A DNA stretch of 13,091 bases, from assembly GCA_016839515.1 (NCBI GenBank), contig JAEOUE010000233.1:1-13091 (forward strand). The letters are read 5' to 3'. The notes under the pieces are model-generated. The model had not been told where the DNA came from. It saw only the letters and a list, made by a program, of their open reading frames with translations, and did not search any database. The translations under genes were made by a program, and so were the position numbers. The DNA is from Candidatus Hodarchaeum mangrovi. GTDB taxonomy: Archaea > Asgardarchaeota > Heimdallarchaeia > Hodarchaeales > Hodarchaeaceae. This document shows, one piece after another, positions 7,386 through 13,091 of this stretch; position 1 is the stretch's first letter, and every line of letters begins with the position of its first letter.

Positions 7386-9203
7386 TTATGATTTTTTCTT
7401 CAAAAGTTCAGCTATTCCACTTGATTCAAGCCATTCACGATCTTTTTGTTTCATTCGTGAAAATAGTTTTCGCTTATCAGGATCTTTAGGGAATGGTTTA
7501 ATTTCCGCTCTTTGTGTTTCAGAAAGATGGATGATATTTGCTATAGCCTTCTCAAGTGTTTCTTCATTTATTCTATCAAGAAACCAGGGTTCAAAACTTT
7601 TAGGATTTTTACTTCGTAACCAATGGAAATTTCCATCCAAACAGATAGTTGCTCCCCAATCTGTCGGATTACGTTGAATCCGTCCATGAGCTTGTTGAAT
7701 AGCTATTAATACTTCATTTTCTAGAAAATTAGGATATTTTTTTGTTTTCTTTTTAATAATCGGATCACCCATCATTGGAAAAGGAAGCTTAGGAATAAGA
7801 CAAATTCTTCCAAGATCATCATCTAAAGATATGCCTTCCCACGCACTTGGTGTAATTAGTACATCTCCTTTTTTCTCTTCTATAAAGTTTTTTATCGCTT
7901 CATCTGATTTTCCTGCGGTATGAGTGACTACTTGTAGTCGTTGATCACGAGCTAGTTTACTGATTAAATTCGTGATTTCAAAACTAGATGTTAATACTAA
8001 TCCTCTCAAATTTCTGTCCTTCATAAGATTTAGAAGAGGTGGTACTTGCTCTGAAAGCAAATTATAAGAATAATTTTTTTTATCTTCAGTAGCTGTAGAT
8101 AATTTTTCTGCTTCTTTAAGGATGTAAAAGGGGTGCTGGGATTTGTTAAAGGAAGAGAGTTCTTGAATGAATAGACAATATTTCGGATCTAAACCAAGTA
8201 GTTCAGCAAGATATTTTCCATCCCCTAATGTTGCTGAAAGAAAAAGATTTTTACTCCCTTTAAATAATTTTTCAAAGATATAGGAAATATCAAACGGTTG
8301 AACTACTATTTTGGTTTGTTTTGTTTTTCCAATTCGTTGTAAAAAAAAACTTGTATCAGAACCTTTAGGATTAGAAACCAAATCACTAATAGCATTTGTT
8401 AATTCACTTATCCTTCTTAATTCCCTTAAAATTGTATGACTTATCGATGAAGGGTCATTGTTTAATTTTTTGGCAATTTCTTCTTCTCGTTGATTTAAGG
8501 ATTGTTTTAAATCTCTTAAAAATTCAACACCTTCAATTTGATCGATTTCAATAAAATATTTATTTCCTAAATAAGTTATTTCCCATTCTTGAAGTTTTTC
8601 CAATAGTATCTGATTTACGATATTATTCTGCAACAGTGATTTATTAATTTCGACTCTTACAAGACTTTCTAAGTTTAATAGATTATGAGCTTCATCATAT
8701 ACTCGAAAATCTGCTTTTAAATCCCCTAGATCTACATATTTAAAAACCCACCAATTAAGAATTCGTACATGAGCTCGTCGAATTCGTCTCCGTGCCATTA
8801 ATAAGGGGCATCGCTGTCTTGCTTGACATGTTCTTGCATAAGAGGGATTAAATGCACAGGGAGAGATATTTGAACCACTTTTAATAATTGGACAATAATA
8901 AGATCCTCTTCCTTTTAATAATGCAACATTAAACCCATGTTTGCGTCCATAAAGTTCTAGAATATTTTGCCAGAAATCTTGGTGCATTCTGAAAGGAACA
9001 ATAATATCTACTTTTGTGGAACTGTTGAGTTTCAGATATTCAGATATTAAACAGGCTGCAAGATCAGTCTTACCAGAACCAGTTGGTAATGAACAGAAAA
9101 ATGAATGAAAATTATTCCAATTTTCTTGAATTAATTCATATGATCGAAGTTGTTGTGGACGAACAGAGGGATGGATTATTAACTCCGAGATCGATGTGTA
9201 CAA
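7386..9203 (-). CDS. DinG/XPD (Rad3)-family SF2 ATP-dependent helicase with a putative Fe-S cluster
   Basis: Q motif VRPQQ, Walker A LPTGSGKT, KGRGSYYC, four Cys (C104, C116, C126, C132), motif II YDEAHNL, motif III LSATLG, motif V PSAWEGISL, KLPFP and motif VI QQAHGRIQRNPTDWG...LDGNF. The TTG start is uncertain. Confidence 0.92.
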   Translation of the reverse strand: MYTSISELIIHPSVRPQQLRSYELIQENWNNFHSFFCSLPTGSGKTDLAACLISEYLKLNSSTKVDIIVPFRMHQDFWQNILELYGRKHGFNVALLKGRGSYYCPIIKSGSNISPCAFNPSYARTCQARQRCPLLMARRRIRRAHVRILNWWVFKYVDLGDLKADFRVYDEAHNLLNLESLVRVEINKSLLQNNIVNQILLEKLQEWEITYLGNKYFIEIDQIEGVEFLRDLKQSLNQREEEIAKKLNNDPSSISHTILRELRRISELTNAISDLVSNPKGSDTSFFLQRIGKTKQTKIVVQPFDISYIFEKLFKGSKNLFLSATLGDGKYLAELLGLDPKYCLFIQELSSFNKSQHPFYILKEAEKLSTATEDKKNYSYNLLSEQVPPLLNLMKDRNLRGLVLTSSFEITNLISKLARDQRLQVVTHTAGKSDEAIKNFIEEKKGDVLITPSAWEGISLDDDLGRICLIPKLPFPMMGDPIIKKKTKKYPNFLENEVLIAIQQAHGRIQRNPTDWGATICLDGNFHWLRSKNPKSFEPWFLDRINEETLEKAIANIIHLSETQRAEIKPFPKDPDKRKLFSRMKQKDREWLESSGIAELLKKKS

Positions 9204-9679
9204 TATATTGCCTCTAAATCTATTCTTATCCTTTCATTTTCTGCTAAATACTGAAAAAAATGATGGTTTTAGATATTTATTTACTTAAAATCCTGATTTC
9301 AATCTACAATTAAATTGATAGCTTTTACTAATACTTATTGTTTTGAACCATAAATCAACAGAATGAGTAGAATAATTACATTTTTCCTGTTAAGTATTAT
9401 TTTCTTACTTTAATCAGATTATTCAAATTGAAACTCCTTTTATCTTTAAAAAATCCTCACTCTTCTTGAAAAAGAGTCAAAATTGATAATTTTATCCTTA
9501 CTACAATCTTTTAAAATTCATTTGTAATTTAGGCTTCAGGAGTAAGATCTGATTAACCACAAATAAACAGACACATTTAAGAACGATATGTATTTTATTC
9601 AACATGAGAATTATTTCTCTCTTTCACGTTATTTACAGGTAAAATTAACACTTAAATCTAGAAAAAGGGATAGAAACTT
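9204..9679. promoter_or_regulatory. 476-bp AT-rich divergent intergenic (promoter) region
   Basis: Lies between the divergently oriented helicase and RAM-domain genes. It holds no ORF of 60 aa or more, and contains several TATA-like tracts and inverted repeats. Confidence 0.5.
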
Positions 9680-9952
9680 ATGGTAGATGCAGTTATATTG
9701 ATCAATGTTATCCCAGGGGAAGAGCAACGTATTAAACAAGAACTCCTTAAGATTGATGAAATTAAAAATTGTAGGATAACATTTGGTGAATATGATTTAG
9801 TTGCAGAAGTAAATAATTTAGATAAAATAAGATCATTAGGTTCCATCATGACTAGGAAAATAAGACAGATTCCTGGAGTAACAAAATCTGTAACTCTAAT
9901 TATTAGTGAATCTCTTGAAAATGATAATTCTCATATTAATACAACAAATTAA
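9680..9952 (+). CDS. Stand-alone Lrp/AsnC ligand-binding (RAM) domain protein, no HTH
   Basis: AVILINVIPGEE..IKQELLKIDEI...RITFGEYDLVAEV...KIRQIPGVTKSVTLI is the typical archaeal RAM-domain pattern (G-E-Y-D and I-P-G-V...T-L-I). At 90 aa it is too short to include a DNA-binding domain. Confidence 0.9.
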   Translation: MVDAVILINVIPGEEQRIKQELLKIDEIKNCRITFGEYDLVAEVNNLDKIRSLGSIMTRKIRQIPGVTKSVTLIISESLENDNSHINTTN

Positions 9953-9956
9953 CTCA

Positions 9957-9972
9957 ATTTTTTTCTTTTTTT
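9957..9972 (+). terminator. Putative archaeal oligo-T terminator
   Basis: T-tract (TTTTTTTCTTTTTTT) starting a few bp after the RAM gene stop codon. Confidence 0.5.
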
Positions 9973-10003
9973 ATATATAAATAACATTTAATGGTTTTTT
10001 CCC

Positions 10004-10020
10004 TTATAGCTGACCTATAA
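10004..10020. promoter_or_regulatory. Perfect inverted repeat TTATAG-N5-CTATAA, candidate operator upstream of thiB
   Basis: The sequence TTATAGCTGACCTATAA was read directly. It lies in the intergenic region about 110 bp upstream of the probable thiB start. Confidence 0.4.
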
Positions 10021-10130
10021 ATAAGACCTATATTTTAAAGATAAATAATATTTCTACCTCTACAGAACATTTTCTCCTCTAAGAAAAAATGTTTTTCGTA
10101 TTAGGATTGTTTCAAGAAGATGGTGACGAA

Positions 10131-11384
10131 ATGAGAAGATTTAATTTTACTTGTATTGTTTTTCTTGTAATATTACTAGCAAATTTTAGTGTACACAATA
10201 AAATATCTATTTCCGCAGTTCTTTCATCGCCTCAAAGCGTTCCTCTCAAGATTTCTGAAACAGAGCTAGTTATTTATACATATGATAGCTTATTAGCTGA
10301 CCCAGAATATTCAATTGAAACAAATTTTGCTGCATATGCAGGGATTTCACCAACAGATATTACAATAATCAGATTAGGTGATGCTAATGAGATTTTAACT
10401 CGTTTGATCGCTGAAAAAGATCTCCCACAGGCGGATGTCATTATCGGGATTGATAATGCACTCATTCATTTGATCGAAGAGAAAAATGACATTTTAGAAC
10501 AATATACTCCAGAAAATATTAGTGATATCGATAATAACCTTAAACAAAACCTAGATCCTGATGGATACCTTATCCCATTTGATTATGGGATTATCAGTTT
10601 TTATTATCAAAATCAGGTAATAAATAGTTCATCTCATCCAGAGTTAACAAATTTAACATTAAAATCATTACTCGAGTCAAATCTGTTGTCAATGCTGATA
10701 GTAGAAAACCCTTTGTTTAGCAGTCCTGGACTTGGATTCTTATTATGGACTATTGCTGTTTATGGAGATCCTTCTATCAACTTTTCTGGACTTCTGAATG
10801 ATGATTGGCGAAATTGGTGGAAAACAGCAAGAGAAAGTATTATTATAACTAAATCATGGGGAGAAGCATTTGATATCTTTTTTGAACCCTCTGAAGGTAA
10901 ACCCATAATGGTTTCATATGGTACGTCTCCAGCTTATAGCTATTGCCAATGGGAAGACAATAGTACATCTGCAGTTGTTACATATGAAAACAATCAAATG
11001 AACGCTTGGCTCCAAATCGAAGGAATTGGATTAGTAAAAAATGCTCCTCATAAGAGTATGGGACAACAGTTTATTGATTGGTTTTTAGGGGTTGAATTAC
11101 AAACTGCTTTACCAGAACATCAATGGATGTATCCTGCAAACCAAAAAGTAAATGTTTCTCAATGTTTTGAAGAATCAGTAATAAAATCTGAAGATGTAAA
11201 TCGTTTAAATGATTTAATTTCTCCCACGATGTTAAAAGAACATCTTTCTGATTGGCAGGATCAATGGGAACAGGTCATGGTGAAAAAAACCATTATAGGA
11301 TTTGAATTACCTTTTACTCTCTTAGCTATCCTAGTTCTATCCAGTATTGGCATAAAGAAAAAGCAGAGAAGAATTAAAACTTGA
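10131..11384 (+). CDS. thiB: Thiamine ABC transporter substrate-binding protein (ThiB/TbpA family) with an N-terminal signal peptide and a C-terminal membrane anchor
   Basis: LVIYTYDS, ADVIIGIDN, PFDYG, ENPLFSSPGLGFL, SWGEAF, MVSYGTSPAY, QIEG and QWMYP are ThiB motifs. The start at 10131 is preferred over 10089 because GGTGA (10122-10126) precedes it and it gives the signal peptide MRRFNFTCIVFLVILLANF. Confidence 0.88.
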   Translation: MRRFNFTCIVFLVILLANFSVHNKISISAVLSSPQSVPLKISETELVIYTYDSLLADPEYSIETNFAAYAGISPTDITIIRLGDANEILTRLIAEKDLPQADVIIGIDNALIHLIEEKNDILEQYTPENISDIDNNLKQNLDPDGYLIPFDYGIISFYYQNQVINSSSHPELTNLTLKSLLESNLLSMLIVENPLFSSPGLGFLLWTIAVYGDPSINFSGLLNDDWRNWWKTARESIIITKSWGEAFDIFFEPSEGKPIMVSYGTSPAYSYCQWEDNSTSAVVTYENNQMNAWLQIEGIGLVKNAPHKSMGQQFIDWFLGVELQTALPEHQWMYPANQKVNVSQCFEESVIKSEDVNRLNDLISPTMLKEHLSDWQDQWEQVMVKKTIIGFELPFTLLAILVLSSIGIKKKQRRIKT

Positions 11385-13084
11385 GAAAGGAGCTGAATCC
11401 CTCAATGAAAGAGAAAGTATCAAGAAGCTTAATACTTGCTTTTCCAATACTTTTTCTTGTTTTTTTCTTCCTAATCCCTTTATTGTTTATTAGTTTATTA
11501 GCTTTGGGGCTTTCACCAGAGGATCTTTTAGGAATTCTCACTCATGACTTGAATTTGTATTTCATGTATTGGGATCTTCAACAGGCTCTTTTAACAACGA
11601 TTTTATGTTTAATTTTAGGCTTACCAGGATCTTATTTCTTGACTCACACTAAATTGAAAGGAAAGAGAGTTATACGTAATCTCCTCACGATACCTTTTAT
11701 TCTTCCTCCTATTGTCGTATTAATGGGTTTTATAGAGGTTTTTGGACAAGGTGGTCTAGTAAACCAACTCTGGTACTCTCTCACTGGATATCAACTAATC
11801 AAAATATATAATTCCTACGAAGGAATTATTCTTGCACATGTATTTTATAATCTCCCTGTAATCATAAGACTTGCTGAAATTGGTTGGCGGACAATTAATC
11901 CTGAAATGGTAGGAGTGGCAAAAAGTTTAGGAGTATCTCGATTTAAGATTTTCTTAAAAATCCAATTACCCCATCTTTTTCCTATTCTTGCTGCAGCTTC
12001 TCTCTTAGTTTTCATCTATGCTTTCAACAGTTTTGCCATCGTTTTAGTTTTAGGAGGAGTTCAATATCAAACATTAGAAGTACGAATCTATTCCTTGGCA
12101 AAGATGCGTTTCGACTTTAATGCTGCTGCAGCACTTACTCTTATTCAAATTTTGATAAATATAATTGTCATCCTCTCCTATCTCTATTTTTCTAGTAAGT
12201 ATGAGATTCCAAGTGATGAAATACAAGAATTTCAGGAAAAATCCATCAAAATAAAGCCAATAAATTTTCGCAATCTAACGAAACTTTTGATAATTGGAAT
12301 TTACTTCGGTATTATTACAATATTAAGTCTCCTTCCCATCATGGGTGTTTTTTGGTCTGCTTTAAGTTCTAGTTTGAATTTAATTTCTTTAGATAATTTC
12401 TTTTCGTTATTTGATAGGAGCCTTGTTAGTTTTATAGGGGTGACTCCCTTAGAGATGATTTCCAATTCATTATTTTTCGGAATATGGGTTTTAGTTCTTT
12501 CAACACTATTAGCAATCATGTTAAGTTTTGGATTAAATTTTGATAATAACACAAATAAACAAGCCAAATTTACTTTACTTGGTTCTGTAAGCGGTATAAT
12601 CATTATTTTGCCTTTAGGAATCTCATCTATTACTTTAGCATTTTCTTTATTTAGTTTATATCGATTAACTCCATTATATGAGAATGTCTGGGTAGCAATA
12701 ATTATTGCTCAAACCCTTGTAGCTTTTCCGTTTGCAAATCGCATTATTGCTGCTAGAAGAGCTAGTATTGATCCTTCACTGATACATGTTGCCCGAAGCT
12801 TAGGAGCTTCTCGTTTTCGAACATTTTTGAGGATTGAACTTCCCCTTTTATTACCTGGTATAATTGTTGCTGGATTATTCAGTTTTGCGATCTCACTTGG
12901 AGAATTTGGAGCAACAAACTTTCTAGCTCGGGCAAACTTTGCAACAATACCCATTGGTATATATAAATTAATAAATACACGGAATTTAGGAGAGGCTGCT
13001 GCTTTAGCATCAATTTTAATATTAATTACTGTTATCAGTTTTATAGTACTTGAAAGATTTGGTAAAATCGAGTTTAAATTATAG
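11381..13084 (+). CDS. thiP: ABC transporter permease, ThiP/FbpB type (two fused TM modules)
   Basis: Highly hydrophobic, with PFILPPIV and ILAHVFYNLP, two EAA-like loops (VAKSLGVSRFKIFLKIQLP and VARSLGASRFRTFLRIELP) and FAISLGEFGA. It overlaps thiB by 4 bp (TTGA); an alternative ATG lies at 11405. Confidence 0.88.
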   Translation: MRKELNPSMKEKVSRSLILAFPILFLVFFFLIPLLFISLLALGLSPEDLLGILTHDLNLYFMYWDLQQALLTTILCLILGLPGSYFLTHTKLKGKRVIRNLLTIPFILPPIVVLMGFIEVFGQGGLVNQLWYSLTGYQLIKIYNSYEGIILAHVFYNLPVIIRLAEIGWRTINPEMVGVAKSLGVSRFKIFLKIQLPHLFPILAAASLLVFIYAFNSFAIVLVLGGVQYQTLEVRIYSLAKMRFDFNAAAALTLIQILINIIVILSYLYFSSKYEIPSDEIQEFQEKSIKIKPINFRNLTKLLIIGIYFGIITILSLLPIMGVFWSALSSSLNLISLDNFFSLFDRSLVSFIGVTPLEMISNSLFFGIWVLVLSTLLAIMLSFGLNFDNNTNKQAKFTLLGSVSGIIIILPLGISSITLAFSLFSLYRLTPLYENVWVAIIIAQTLVAFPFANRIIAARRASIDPSLIHVARSLGASRFRTFLRIELPLLLPGIIVAGLFSFAISLGEFGATNFLARANFATIPIGIYKLINTRNLGEAAALASILILITVISFIVLERFGKIEFKL

Positions 13085-13091
13085 AATTTGG

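Noticed and set aside
7386-9203. CasDinG / type IV CRISPR or another defence system
   Set aside because: No cas genes, repeat-spacer array or recognisable defence partner genes are present in the window.
9204-9679. Possible replication origin in the long AT-rich gap
   Set aside because: No ORB-like repeats with G-strings were seen, and there is no adjacent orc1/cdc6 gene.
10089-10130. Longer thiB start at 10089
   Set aside because: The extension adds an acidic segment ahead of the signal peptide and contains the GGTGA RBS for the ATG at 10131.
9658-12954. Minus-strand ORFs 9658-9849, 10274-10465, 12301-12603 and 12709-12954
   Set aside because: They are antisense shadows of the RAM, thiB and thiP genes.

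Overview
AT-rich (roughly one-third GC by eye, not computed), gene-dense prokaryotic chromosomal window. It is most likely archaeal, based on GGTGA/GGGAG-type ribosome-binding sites, oligo-T tracts after genes, a stand-alone Lrp/AsnC RAM-domain protein and a PGF-CTERM-like C-terminal anchor. An Asgard (Heimdallarchaeia-like) origin is plausible but is inference only. Left to right: (1) the 3' end of nfnA/sudB and a complete nfnB/sudA; (2) a tight three-gene cluster of a 161-aa hypothetical protein, a MEMO1-family protein and a PfkB/ribokinase-fold protein with degenerate ATP-binding and anion-hole motifs; (3) on the minus strand, a DinG/XPD-type Fe-S helicase, a 283-aa unknown protein, adenine deaminase and a 123-aa stand-alone flotillin-like SPFH domain; (4) a 476-bp divergent intergenic region; (5) a RAM-domain protein and a thiamine-type ABC importer (thiB, thiP). 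No rRNA, tRNA, CRISPR array, transposase or integrase was recognised. The best candidates for undescribed biology are the hypothetical-MEMO1-pseudo-PfkB module and the minimal flotillin-like SPFH protein. All family calls come from motif recognition by eye, not from database searches.
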